Below are positions 1 to 9,239 of a stretch of 64,000 nucleotides of DNA, in pieces (position 1 is the stretch's first letter; the number at the start of each line of letters is the position of its first letter). The translations under genes were made by a program, and so were the position numbers. A model generated the notes under the pieces. It was given only the letters and a program-made list of their open reading frames with translations, searched no databases and was not told where the DNA came from. The stretch is from Rhodospirillaceae bacterium. Its GTDB lineage: Bacteria > Pseudomonadota > Alphaproteobacteria > GCA-2731375. The stretch is taken from assembly GCA_018667855.1 (NCBI GenBank), contig JABIRL010000002.1, forward strand, positions 2,300 through 66,299, written 5' to 3'.

Positions 1-40
1 CACCTTGGGCATGGGTACCGCCCGCGAAGCGGCCGAATAG
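1..40 (+). CDS. 3' end of an upstream gene (partial, ...TLGMGTAREAAE*)
   Basis: Open frame from position 2 ending in TAG at 38-40, 23 nt before the next + strand start; too short to identify. Confidence 0.35.
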   Translation, partial: TLGMGTAREAAE

Positions 41-63
41 ATTAAGAAAAGGACGGACTAGCC

Positions 64-933
64 ATGCAAGTCGGGAAATGGGGCGTCTGGTTCGCCCCCA
101 ATAAATTACCCATAGACGACGTCGGCCGCCTGGCCCGGGAAGTGGAAGGGCATGGCTATGATGTTCTGTGGTATCCGGAGGCCTTGGCCTATGAGGCCAT
201 GGCCCTTGGCGGTTATATGCTGGGTCAGACCAAGACGCTGACATTGGCCACGGGCATCGCCAATATTTACGCCCGCGATGCCTCCGCCGCCATGCAGGGC
301 CATAACACCCTGAACAGCCTGTACGATGGCCGTTTTATCCTCGGCCTTGGCGTCTCGCATATTCCTATCGTGGAAGCCGCCAGAGGGCATAACTACGGCA
401 AGCCGATCGGCGCAATGCGGTCCTACCTCGAGGCCATGGCAGCAGCGCCCGTGCAAATCGAAGCCGCCGAACGCCAGGTTGTCCTGGCCGCCCTGGGGCC
501 GAAAATGCTGGCGCTATCGGCAGAACTGACGGACGGCGCCCTTCCCTATAACGTCACGCCGGAACATACCGCCCAGGCGCGGCAGATCCTGGGTCCTGGC
601 AAGGCGCTGTGCGTGGAGCAGAAAATCTGCCTGACGGAAGATCCCGGAACGGCACGCGATGTCGCCGCCGCGCAATTGAAAATGTATCTGGGCCTGCCCA
701 ACTACCGTAACTGCTGGCTCAGCCTGGGTTTCACCGAGGACGAGCTTTCTGACCGGGGCAGCGACCGTTTCCTAGACGCCATGGTCGCCTGGGGTTCGGA
801 AACAACCATTCGGGCCCGATTGCAGGCCCATTTCGACGCCGGCGCCGATCACGTGGCCATTCAACCCTTCGATCCGGCGGGCGGATCATCGCCGGACTGG
901 AATGCCCTGGCCACCTTCGCGCCGGGCAGCTAA
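64..933 (+). CDS. LLM-class (luciferase-like) oxidoreductase, resembling the TIGR03620/MSMEG_4141 'F420-dependent' subfamily
   Basis: GYDVLWYPE, LATGIANIYARD, GRFILGLGVSH, VLAALGPKML, HFDAGADHV motifs; AAGGA RBS upstream. Confidence 0.85.
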   Translation: MQVGKWGVWFAPNKLPIDDVGRLAREVEGHGYDVLWYPEALAYEAMALGGYMLGQTKTLTLATGIANIYARDASAAMQGHNTLNSLYDGRFILGLGVSHIPIVEAARGHNYGKPIGAMRSYLEAMAAAPVQIEAAERQVVLAALGPKMLALSAELTDGALPYNVTPEHTAQARQILGPGKALCVEQKICLTEDPGTARDVAAAQLKMYLGLPNYRNCWLSLGFTEDELSDRGSDRFLDAMVAWGSETTIRARLQAHFDAGADHVAIQPFDPAGGSSPDWNALATFAPGS

Positions 934-966
934 TAATAACCGAGACATCAAATTAGGAGAGAAACC

Positions 967-1284
967 ATGAGTATTGTCAGTGTCGTTGCCATCATCACCA
1001 CCAAACCCGGAAAAAGAGACGAAGTGCTGGCCGCCGCGCGCGGCAATCTGGCCGCCGTGAGGGCCGAAGACGGCTGCATTGAATACGTCCCCCATATCGA
1101 TACGGAAGGCATGGGCAGCTTTCAGACCGAGTTCGGGCCGGATACTTTTGTCTTCGTCGAAAAATGGGAGAGCAAGGAAGCCCTTGGCGCCCACGCCGTC
1201 GCACCGCACATGAAAGCCTATGCCGCCAAGGTTGGCGACCTGCTGGAAAGCCGGGTTATTCACGTTATTTCCTCAGCCGAATAA
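967..1284 (+). CDS. Antibiotic biosynthesis monooxygenase (ABM) / putative quinol monooxygenase
   Basis: 105 aa; KPGKRDEV, VRAEDGCIEY, FVFVEKWES, H..APHM pattern; AGGAG RBS. Confidence 0.85.
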   Translation: MSIVSVVAIITTKPGKRDEVLAAARGNLAAVRAEDGCIEYVPHIDTEGMGSFQTEFGPDTFVFVEKWESKEALGAHAVAPHMKAYAAKVGDLLESRVIHVISSAE

Positions 1285-1295
1285 GGGCACCGGTG

Positions 1296-2003
1296 ATGTC
1301 GGAGACGAAGGGTTTCGCGCCGCGGGATTGGGACAGCCATCCGCCCTATCTGCATCCCGATTATGGTTCCACGCCGTTGCGGGCGCCGACGAAACCCCTG
1401 GTCATCCTGCCGCAAAGCCTGTCGGAGCTGACGGGTCCGGTTTATGGTCAGGATGCGGTGGGGCCGTTGGATCACGATCTGACCAGGGCCGCAGCCAAGA
1501 CCGGGGAGCCGAACGGCGAGAGGATCATTGTCGCCGGCCAGGTCACGGACGAGGATGGCCGTCCCGTACCCAATATTTTGCTGGAAGTCTGGCAACCCAA
1601 CGCCGCCGGTCGCTATAACCATGCCGATGATCAGCATGACGCGCCCATCGATCCGAATTTCCTCGGCGCGGGGCGTTGCGTCACCGATGACGATGGGCAT
1701 TACCGCTTCATCACCATCAAGCCGGGCGCCTATCCCTGGGGCAACCATTTCAACGCCTGGCGGCCCAACCACATCCATTTTTCCCTGTTCGGCCCCTCGA
1801 TCCTGACCCGGCTGATCACCCAGATGTATTTTCCCGGCGATCCGCTTTTGGGCCTCGACCCCATCTTCAATGGCGTGCCTGCAGCCTCCCGCGATCTGCT
1901 GGTCTCGAAACTGTCTATCGAGCTGTCAGAGCCTGAATGGGCCCTGGGCTATGAATTCAACATCTGTTTGCGTGGGCGCATGGCGACGCCGCTTGAGACT
2001 TAG
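1296..2003 (+). CDS. pcaH: Protocatechuate 3,4-dioxygenase beta subunit
   Basis: HPPYLHPDY, ELTGPVYG, GERIIVAG, EVWQPNAAGRY, TIKPGAYPWGNHFNAWRPNHIHFS; start trimmed from 1164 to the in-frame ATG at 1296. Confidence 0.95.
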   Translation: MSETKGFAPRDWDSHPPYLHPDYGSTPLRAPTKPLVILPQSLSELTGPVYGQDAVGPLDHDLTRAAAKTGEPNGERIIVAGQVTDEDGRPVPNILLEVWQPNAAGRYNHADDQHDAPIDPNFLGAGRCVTDDDGHYRFITIKPGAYPWGNHFNAWRPNHIHFSLFGPSILTRLITQMYFPGDPLLGLDPIFNGVPAASRDLLVSKLSIELSEPEWALGYEFNICLRGRMATPLET

Positions 2004-2018
2004 TTGGAGAATTAAGGT

Positions 2019-2603
2019 ATGGCACCGAAACAAACGCCGTCGCAAACCATCGGGCCGTATTTTTCCTATGGCCTGACGCCGGAGCAATACGGCTACGACT
2101 ACAAACAGCTTGCCGGCAATGAAATGAGCGAGGATGGCGCCGAGCGTATCACCATTCGCGGCCAGGTCTTCGACGGCAACGGCGATACGGTGCGCGATGC
2201 GGTGCTGGAGCTGTGGCAGGCCGACAGTCAGGGCCGTTACGCCCATCCGGGTGATGCACGCGGCTCCAACAGCGACTTCGGCGGCTTTGCCCGCGTCGGC
2301 ACGGGAACACTGGCCGGGCATTTCTATGAATTCGGCACCGTCAAACCGGGCGCCATTGGCGATGACCAGGCACCGCATATAACAGTGGTTCTATTCATGC
2401 GCGGCCTTTTGAACCATGTCTACACACGCATCTACTTCTCCGACGAAGCCGCCGCCAACGGCAGCGACCCGGTGCTGACCCAGATCGGCGACGGCCGCCG
2501 CGATACCCTGATCGCCCGCCGTGAAGACGGCGCGGACGGCATCGTTTACCGCTTTGACATTCACATGCAGGGCGATCGGGAAACCGTATTTTTCGACGCC
2601 TAA
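2019..2603 (+). CDS. pcaG: Protocatechuate 3,4-dioxygenase alpha subunit
   Basis: QTPSQTIGPYF, LELWQAD..GRY, TVKPG, QAPHI, RGLLNH..TRIYF, YRFDIHMQGDRETVFFD. Confidence 0.95.
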   Translation: MAPKQTPSQTIGPYFSYGLTPEQYGYDYKQLAGNEMSEDGAERITIRGQVFDGNGDTVRDAVLELWQADSQGRYAHPGDARGSNSDFGGFARVGTGTLAGHFYEFGTVKPGAIGDDQAPHITVVLFMRGLLNHVYTRIYFSDEAAANGSDPVLTQIGDGRRDTLIARREDGADGIVYRFDIHMQGDRETVFFDA

Positions 2604-2617
2604 AATAGGCCAACGGC

Positions 2618-3907
2618 ATGATATTGGACGCCTATCTTCGGGATTCTGAAACGGATGCGCTGATCGCCGATGCGGCATTGGCCAGCGCCATGCTGGAGGT
2701 GGAAGCCGCCCTGGCCCGTGTGCAGGGGCGTTTGGGTATCATCCCGCAAGAAGCAGCCGATGAAATCAATGCCGCCGCGACCGGGCTGAAGTTGGATCTT
2801 CCGGCACTGTCGGAAGGCACGATCCGGGACGGCGTGCCTGTGATCGCCATGCTGGCGCAGTTGCGGGCGGCGGTGGGCGAGGGCCATGACGGCTATGTTC
2901 ATTGGGGCATGACATCCCAGGATATCATCGACACCGCCCAGTCCTTGATTCTGGCCCGGGTCATGGCCTTGTTCGCCACCCGGCTGGATGATCTGATCGA
3001 GACCTGGGCGCCATTGGCGGACCGCCACCGGGGCACCGTCATGGCGGCCCGGACCCGCAATCAACAGGCCGTGCCGACAACGTTCGGCCTGAAGATCGCC
3101 GGCTGGATCGCGCCCCTGCTGCGCCAGCGCCGGCGCCTGGATACGCTGCAAAGCAGCGGCCAAATGTTGCAGATGGGCGGGGCCGGCGGCACCCTGGCCG
3201 CATTGGGGGATCAAGGCCCGGCCACCGCCGCCGCCCTGGCGGCGGAATTGCAGCTAACCCTGCCGGCCATGCCCTGGCACAATCAGCGCGACATTGTGAT
3301 CGACATCGCCAACTGGCTGTCGCTTCTCAGCGGTAGCCTGGGTAAGACGGCGGGAGATATTTTGCTGCTGGCCCAGACGGAAGTCGGCGAAGTTCGAATC
3401 GCCGGGGCGGGCGGCTCCTCCGCGATGCCGCAAAAGACCAATCCGGTGTTGGCCGAGGCCGTCCTGACCCTGGCCCGCCATAGCGCCGGACAAATCGGCG
3501 CCATGCACCAAACGGCCCAACATCTGCACGAACGGGACGGTGCGGCCTGGACCCAGGAATGGCTGACCCTGCCCGGTATGATCCGCGCGGGGGGCGCCGG
3601 TCTGCGCCTTAGTCAGGAAATTGCCCAGGGCCTTGAAGTGGACAAGGGGCGCATGACAGCGAATATGTCACCGACCCTGCTGGCCGAGGCAGCGGCCTAT
3701 AAATTGAGCGAACATATGCCAAAATCCGAGGCGCAGGCCCTGGTCAAGACCGCCTGCACGGAAGCAACGGCGGACCAGGATATGTTCGATCTGTTGGAGA
3801 CGCTTACGTCGGCGCCGGTGGACTGGACCGCATTGCGGAATCCTGCGAATTACCTTGGCGCTGCCGACAAATATATTAATGCCGTTTTGAAGGAGATTAG
3901 GCGATGA
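2618..3907 (+). CDS. pcaB: 3-carboxy-cis,cis-muconate cycloisomerase
   Basis: Fumarase/aspartase superfamily motifs HWGMTSQDIIDT and GGSSAMPQKTNP; directly follows pcaHG. Confidence 0.9.
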   Translation: MILDAYLRDSETDALIADAALASAMLEVEAALARVQGRLGIIPQEAADEINAAATGLKLDLPALSEGTIRDGVPVIAMLAQLRAAVGEGHDGYVHWGMTSQDIIDTAQSLILARVMALFATRLDDLIETWAPLADRHRGTVMAARTRNQQAVPTTFGLKIAGWIAPLLRQRRRLDTLQSSGQMLQMGGAGGTLAALGDQGPATAAALAAELQLTLPAMPWHNQRDIVIDIANWLSLLSGSLGKTAGDILLLAQTEVGEVRIAGAGGSSAMPQKTNPVLAEAVLTLARHSAGQIGAMHQTAQHLHERDGAAWTQEWLTLPGMIRAGGAGLRLSQEIAQGLEVDKGRMTANMSPTLLAEAAAYKLSEHMPKSEAQALVKTACTEATADQDMFDLLETLTSAPVDWTALRNPANYLGAADKYINAVLKEIRR

Positions 3908-4842
3908 CCGTGAAACTGGGATACCTGCTGCCGACCCGCGAGAGGGTCATGCATGGCCAGCCGGAGGCGGCACCGATTTTGGACTTGGCGGACCGGGCGG
4001 AGGATATGGGTTTCGATTCCGTCTGGATCGGTGATTCAATTCTGGCCCGGCCCCGGCACGATCCGATCACCATGCTGGCCGCCATCGCCGGACGCACCAG
4101 CAAGGTTGAGCTGGGCACCGCCGTGCTGCTGCCGGCGCTGCGAAACCCGGTCGTTCTAGCACATCAGTTCGCGACGCTGGACCAAATCAGCCAGGGCCGG
4201 ATTATCCTGGGCGTTGGCATCGCCGGGGATGTGCCCAATATTCGCGCCGAATTCGCTTCCGTCGGTGTGCCTTTCGAAAAACGCGTCGGCCGCATGATGG
4301 AGGGCCTGCGCCTTTGCCAGGCATTTTGGCGCGGCGAGCCGGTGGATTGGGATGGACGGTGGCCCGTCGAACAAGGCGTCCTCGCACCCACGCCCTATCG
4401 CCCCGGCGGACCACCCATCTGGGGCGGCGGCTCGGCCCCGGCCGGCCTGGCGCGCGCGGGCAAGTATTTCGACGGCTGGTTCCCCACGGGGCCTGACGCG
4501 GCCGGGTGGGCCAAGGACTGGCAAATCGTGAAGGATGCCGCCCGGGATGCCGGGCGCGACCCGGACGATTTGACCGGCGCATTGTACCTGACCATGGTGA
4601 TCGACGATGACGCCGCCAAGGCGCAGCAACAGATCGAAACCTATCTAGAGGAATATTACGGTGTCGCCGCCGCCATCCTGGCCAAGCGCCAGGCCTGTTA
4701 TGCCGGCCCGGCGGAGGGCGCTGCGGAGTGGCTCAAAGGTTACGCCGATGCGGGCGCTTCCCACCTGGTTTTGCGCTTCGCCGGTGATAACGAACGGCAC
4801 ATGGACGCCATCGCCGATATTCGCGGCAGTCTGGGCTGGTAA
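3904..4842 (+). CDS. LLM-class flavin-dependent oxidoreductase
   Basis: GFDSVWIGDS, ELGTAVLLPALRNP, ATLDQISQGRIILGVG, PPIWGGG; ATGA overlap with the pcaB stop. Confidence 0.85.
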   Translation: MTVKLGYLLPTRERVMHGQPEAAPILDLADRAEDMGFDSVWIGDSILARPRHDPITMLAAIAGRTSKVELGTAVLLPALRNPVVLAHQFATLDQISQGRIILGVGIAGDVPNIRAEFASVGVPFEKRVGRMMEGLRLCQAFWRGEPVDWDGRWPVEQGVLAPTPYRPGGPPIWGGGSAPAGLARAGKYFDGWFPTGPDAAGWAKDWQIVKDAARDAGRDPDDLTGALYLTMVIDDDAAKAQQQIETYLEEYYGVAAAILAKRQACYAGPAEGAAEWLKGYADAGASHLVLRFAGDNERHMDAIADIRGSLGW

Positions 4843-4851
4843 GCAGGCGCC

Positions 4852-5238
4852 TTATTTGACGCCCTTCCAGTAAGTGTCCTTGCGGTAGATCCGGCCGTCG
4901 CGGACCGGATATACATCGACCACGTTGAGGTGATAATCCGTGCCGTGTTCATCGGTGCCCTTGGTGGTGAACATCTGCAGGATCACATCACCGGCCGGAC
5001 GTTCCACCATGTTTTCGTAGGTGACATTTTTCCAGTTGGCCTCGCGCCAGGCGATTTCCTTCATCACCCCGTCAACGCCCTTGACGACCCGCCCCGTCGG
5101 GCTGTCGGTGCCCGGCTCGCCGTAGTGCATGTGCCATTCGAAGTCATCGGTAGTCGCAGCCGCCAAACCCTCCTGATCGGCCTTGGCGTAGCCGCGACGG
5201 AAACGCTTCATCAGCTCCAGCATCTCTTCATCGGTCAT
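4852..5238 (-). CDS. NTF2/SnoaL-like fold protein of unknown function (128 aa)
   Basis: D..GLAAA.TDDFEWH start, V.G.DGV, DVYPVRDGRI.RKDTYWK end typical of SnoaL-like proteins; start at 5238 overlaps the puuE stop (ATGA). Confidence 0.75.
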   Translation of the reverse strand: MTDEEMLELMKRFRRGYAKADQEGLAAATTDDFEWHMHYGEPGTDSPTGRVVKGVDGVMKEIAWREANWKNVTYENMVERPAGDVILQMFTTKGTDEHGTDYHLNVVDVYPVRDGRIYRKDTYWKGVK

Positions 5239-6155
5239 GTCACATTTTCCTTGTTGGCGGGATGGCGGTCGCGCCAATGGCGGGCGATATCGATGCGCCG
5301 GGTGAACCAGACATCGGAATGGCTCTGGGCATGATCGATGAACCGTTCCAGCGCCGCGATCCGTCCGGGACGGCCCACCAGACGGCAGTGCAGACCAATG
5401 GACATCATGCGCGGGGTCGCCGCGCCCTCGCGGTACAGAACATCGAATGTGTCCCGCAGATAGGCGAAAAACTGATCGCCAGAATTGAAGCCCTGGGGCG
5501 TGGCGAAGCGCATGTCATTGGCGTCCAGGGTATAGGGCACGACCAGATGATCCTTGCCGTCAACCTCTGTCCAATAGGGCAGGTCATCGTTGTAGCTGTC
5601 CGCGTCATAGAGGAAGCCGCCGTCTTCAACCACCAGGGCACGGGTATTGGCGCTGGTGCGCCCGGTGTACCAGCCCAGCGGCCGCTCTCCAGTCAGGTAT
5701 TTGATGATCTCTATGGCGTTTTGCAGGTGTTCCCGTTCCACATTGATGGGCACGTCACGATAATCGATCCAGCGATAGCCGTGACTGCAGATCTCGTGCC
5801 CCTGGGCCATCGCGGCCTCGGCCACCGCCGGGTTACGGGCCAAGGCCATGGCCACGGCAAAAATGGTGATCGGGACGCCGCGGCTGCGAAACAACTCCAA
5901 CAGGCGCCAGATGCCAACCCGGCTGCCGTATTCATAGATGGATTCCATACTCATATGCCGTTGCCCCGGCCAGGGGTCGGCGCCGACAAGTTCCGACAGG
6001 AAGGCTTCCGAAGCGGCATCGCCATGAAGGATGTTGTTCTCACCGCCCTCCTCGTAGTTGACGACGAACTGAACCGCCAATCTGGCGCCGTCGGGCCAGT
6101 CAGCCTGGGGCGGCGAGGCGCCATAGCCGGCCATATCGCGGGGATAGTCGTTCAT
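5235..6155 (-). CDS. puuE: Allantoinase PuuE (polysaccharide deacetylase fold)
   Basis: YPRDMAGYG, WPDGARLAVQFVVNYEEGGE, ESIYEYGSRVG, HGYRWIDY, GWYTGR, PYTLDANDMRF, MMSIGLHCR. Confidence 0.95.
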   Translation of the reverse strand: MNDYPRDMAGYGASPPQADWPDGARLAVQFVVNYEEGGENNILHGDAASEAFLSELVGADPWPGQRHMSMESIYEYGSRVGIWRLLELFRSRGVPITIFAVAMALARNPAVAEAAMAQGHEICSHGYRWIDYRDVPINVEREHLQNAIEIIKYLTGERPLGWYTGRTSANTRALVVEDGGFLYDADSYNDDLPYWTEVDGKDHLVVPYTLDANDMRFATPQGFNSGDQFFAYLRDTFDVLYREGAATPRMMSIGLHCRLVGRPGRIAALERFIDHAQSHSDVWFTRRIDIARHWRDRHPANKENVT

Positions 6156-6158
6156 GGT

Positions 6159-7460
6159 CTAGTCCTTCTCATGCACCATTTCTCCGCGGATATAGACCTT
6201 GCGCACCGCGCGGTCGTCACCCAGCATCATCAAGGCGAATAGTGTGTCTTCCAGGTTTTCCGATAGTTCGTCACGGGCCGCCAGGACATCCGTCGCCTGA
6301 GGATCAAGGACGACGATATCTGCCCAGGCACCGGCCTCCAGGGTGCCGATTTCACCATCCAGACCGAGCCCCCGGGCATTGCCCAGAGTGGCCAGGTAAA
6401 AGCCATCAAGGGCGGTCAGTTTCCGTCCCTTCAGCATGGCCACCTTGTAGGCCTCGCCCAGGGTCTGCAGCATGGAATAGCTGGTGCCCCCCGCTACGTC
6501 CGTCGCCAGGCCCACATGCACTGGGCGTTCGGGCGCGCGCAGATGATCAATATCGAACAGACCGGAGCCAAGGAAATTGTTGGAGGTCGGACAATGCACC
6601 ACTATGGCGGAGGCATCATGGAGGACCTGACACTCCCGTTCCGAGAGGTGAATGCCGTGGGCAAGGACAGTATTGCCGCCCAGCAGACCAAAGCGGTCAT
6701 AGACATCCGTGTAGTCACGGGACCAGGGAAACTGCTGTTTGACGAATTCGATCTCGCCCGCGCTTTCGGAAATATGGCTGTGCATGAGGCAATCCGGATT
6801 GTCGCCATACAGCGCGCCGGCGGCCTGCAACTGCGCTTCGGTCGAGGTGACGGCGAAGCGCACGGTAATGGCATACCGCAAACGATCGACGCCATGCCAT
6901 TTGCCGATCAGATCGGCACTGTCCCGGGCGCCGTCCTCCGCCGTGTCCAAAACCGCATCGGGTGCATTGCGGTCCATCAATGTCTTGCCCGTAGTCAGGC
7001 ACATTCCCCGTCCTTGCGCCGCCTTGAACAGACAGTCGGCGGCGCCTTTGTGGACCGAGGAGAATGCCAGGGCGGACGTGGTGCCGTGGCTGATCAGTTT
7101 ATCCAGAAAACGCTCCGCCGCCGCCGCCGCGAAGGCTTCCGAGCTATATTGCGCCTCCTCTTCAAAGGCGAAGCGGTTCAGCCATTCCAACAAATCCTTG
7201 GCCGGCGCCGCGATCATGCGGTGTTGCGGGAAATGCACATGGGCATCAATGAAACCGGGCATAATAATCTTGCCCGGAAAATGTTCGACCGACCCACCCA
7301 AGAACGACTCCGGCAGATCGGCAAATGGTCCGGACCAAAGAATACGGCCATCCGTGCCGATGGCGACGGCGCCGTCCGCTTCCGTTACCACCGCCCCATC
7401 CAGGCGAGGGTCATCCCGGAATCCAAGCGTCCGACCGCGCAGAATGCGGGCGGCGGTCAT
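6159..7460 (-). CDS. guaD: Guanine deaminase
   Basis: PGFIDAHVHFPQ, LLEWL, HGTTSAL, HSHISE, HCPTSNNFLGSG, LATDVAGG, ATLGNA, MMLGDDR. Confidence 0.92.
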   Translation of the reverse strand: MTAARILRGRTLGFRDDPRLDGAVVTEADGAVAIGTDGRILWSGPFADLPESFLGGSVEHFPGKIIMPGFIDAHVHFPQHRMIAAPAKDLLEWLNRFAFEEEAQYSSEAFAAAAAERFLDKLISHGTTSALAFSSVHKGAADCLFKAAQGRGMCLTTGKTLMDRNAPDAVLDTAEDGARDSADLIGKWHGVDRLRYAITVRFAVTSTEAQLQAAGALYGDNPDCLMHSHISESAGEIEFVKQQFPWSRDYTDVYDRFGLLGGNTVLAHGIHLSERECQVLHDASAIVVHCPTSNNFLGSGLFDIDHLRAPERPVHVGLATDVAGGTSYSMLQTLGEAYKVAMLKGRKLTALDGFYLATLGNARGLGLDGEIGTLEAGAWADIVVLDPQATDVLAARDELSENLEDTLFALMMLGDDRAVRKVYIRGEMVHEKD

Positions 7461-7969
7461 CGGGCAACCCGATCTTCGATGCGGAAGCGCAGGATACGGC
7501 AGACATTATCCAGGGCGTTGGCCAATTCGGTTTCCACATCGTTGCCGACCCGTTCCCCGAACGATTTCAGGATCGACGCCTTGTCCGCCCCCTTCACCGC
7601 GAAAATGAACGGGATATCAAAGCGCGCCTTGTAGGCATCGTTGAGGGTCGTGAAGCGGCCGAACTCCTCCCCCGTCAATTTATCCAGGCCCGCGCCCGCC
7701 TGTTCATTTCGCGAATCTTCCGTCAACTCCCCCGCGATGGCCGCCTTCCCCGCCAGGTCCGGATGGGCGCGCAGCACCGAGAGCTGATCATTCAGAGATG
7801 CGCCTTGCAGGGCGGCGGTGAATTTTCCAATTACGTCTTCACGGTCAACAAAGGGTCGAGTGCGCGCCGCGTCTTCCGCCACCCAAGGGGAATGTTCCGC
7901 CACGTCGCCAAAGGCGGCGACGAATTCTTCGCCCGACATTTGGTTCAGCTCATCAATTGAATAGGCCAT
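7457..7969 (-). CDS. uraD: OHCU decarboxylase
   Basis: F.DVAEHSPWVAE, LRAHPDLAGK, EQAGAGLD, LNDAYKARFDIPFIFAVKG. Confidence 0.92.
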   Translation of the reverse strand: MAYSIDELNQMSGEEFVAAFGDVAEHSPWVAEDAARTRPFVDREDVIGKFTAALQGASLNDQLSVLRAHPDLAGKAAIAGELTEDSRNEQAGAGLDKLTGEEFGRFTTLNDAYKARFDIPFIFAVKGADKASILKSFGERVGNDVETELANALDNVCRILRFRIEDRVAR

Positions 7970-7974
7970 GGCCG

Positions 7975-9153
7975 CTATTGATTATCGACCCAGGCGCCCA
8001 GCTTCAGGCGCTCATCGGCCGTCATGCCGGTTTCATTGCCCAAGGGCATGGCCCGGGTTTGCACGGCGAACTGCACCACCTGCTTGCCGTGACGGCTCAG
8101 CTGGTCGATGTTCTCCAACAGGATATTTTTCGGCGGTGCGTCAAAGCCTTCATTGCTTGGTTTAGCGGCATGGCAGGACGTGCAGTGCTTTTGAACGATC
8201 GTCATGGCCTCGACATCGGATACGTCGATATCGGCGGTATTGCGCTGTTGGGGCGAGGTCATATAGATCGCCGCGAACAGCGCGGCCAGGATCACCGGCA
8301 GGGCGGCGCGATATTTGGCGAACGGCTCGCCCACTTCGTGGCTGACCAGAACATGACGCATACAGGCGCCGCCAACGATGATGAAGGCGACGATCAACCA
8401 GGCCTGGGGGTGACCCGACAGCATGGGATAATGGCCGGACACCATGGTCACCAGAACCGGCAAGGTCAGATAGGTGTTATGGACCGAACGCTGCTTGCCG
8501 ATCTCGCCGTATTTGGGATCCGGCGCATCGCCGGCCAGTAGGGCGGCGGTGACCTTCTTCTGGTTGGGAATGATAATGGCAAAAACGTTTGCCGCCATGA
8601 TGGTGCCGATGAAGGCGCCCACATGGATCAGCGCCGTACGCCCAGAGAATACATGGGTATAGAAATAAGCCGCCGCCATCACCCAGATAAAACCAATGAC
8701 GGCCAGCAGTGTCGTTTGCCGGCCGATGGGGCTGCGGCAGAGGCCGTCATAGACAAACCAACCCACGGCCAGGGATGCAATGGATATGGCGACGGCCTGC
8801 CAGGGTTCCAGCGCCATGACGGAAGGATCGATCATCCACGCGCCGGCGTCCAGATAGAACTGCACGATCAGCAGCAGAAAGCCGGTCAGCCAGGTCAGAT
8901 AGGCCTCCCACTTGAACCAGACCAGATCGCCGGGTAGTTCCTTGGGCGCGACGGTGAACTTTTCCACGTGGTAGAAGCCGCCGCCATGCACTTCCCAGGC
9001 CGTACCCATGACGCCCTCCTTCATCTTCTCCCGCTTCTTCAAAGAGAGGTCGAGAGCGATAAAATAGAACGAGGTACCGATCCAGCCGATACCGGCGATC
9101 ATATGACCCCAGCGGATCAGCAGATTGGCCCAGTCAGCTAGGAAAGCGAGCAT
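7975..9153 (-). CDS. puuD: Urate hydroxylase PuuD (membrane protein with C-terminal cytochrome c)
   Basis: RWGHMIAGIGWIGTSFYF, WEVHGGGFY, WFKWEAY, KQRSVHNTY, C-terminal CTSCH heme motif. Confidence 0.92.
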   Translation of the reverse strand: MLAFLADWANLLIRWGHMIAGIGWIGTSFYFIALDLSLKKREKMKEGVMGTAWEVHGGGFYHVEKFTVAPKELPGDLVWFKWEAYLTWLTGFLLLIVQFYLDAGAWMIDPSVMALEPWQAVAISIASLAVGWFVYDGLCRSPIGRQTTLLAVIGFIWVMAAAYFYTHVFSGRTALIHVGAFIGTIMAANVFAIIIPNQKKVTAALLAGDAPDPKYGEIGKQRSVHNTYLTLPVLVTMVSGHYPMLSGHPQAWLIVAFIIVGGACMRHVLVSHEVGEPFAKYRAALPVILAALFAAIYMTSPQQRNTADIDVSDVEAMTIVQKHCTSCHAAKPSNEGFDAPPKNILLENIDQLSRHGKQVVQFAVQTRAMPLGNETGMTADERLKLGAWVDNQ

Positions 9154-9239
9154 CAGTGGAACTCCGCGGCTTTGGGCCGACCGGGCCGCCGAACCGGAAG
9201 AAATGGGGTTCGACGGCCGGGATCAGCGCAACGGGTTGG

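Noticed and set aside
3640-3907. Apparent compositional shift at the pcaB 3' end suggesting recombination
   Set aside because: The shift is mild, the frame is intact, and fumarase-family C-termini are variable; cannot be supported by eye
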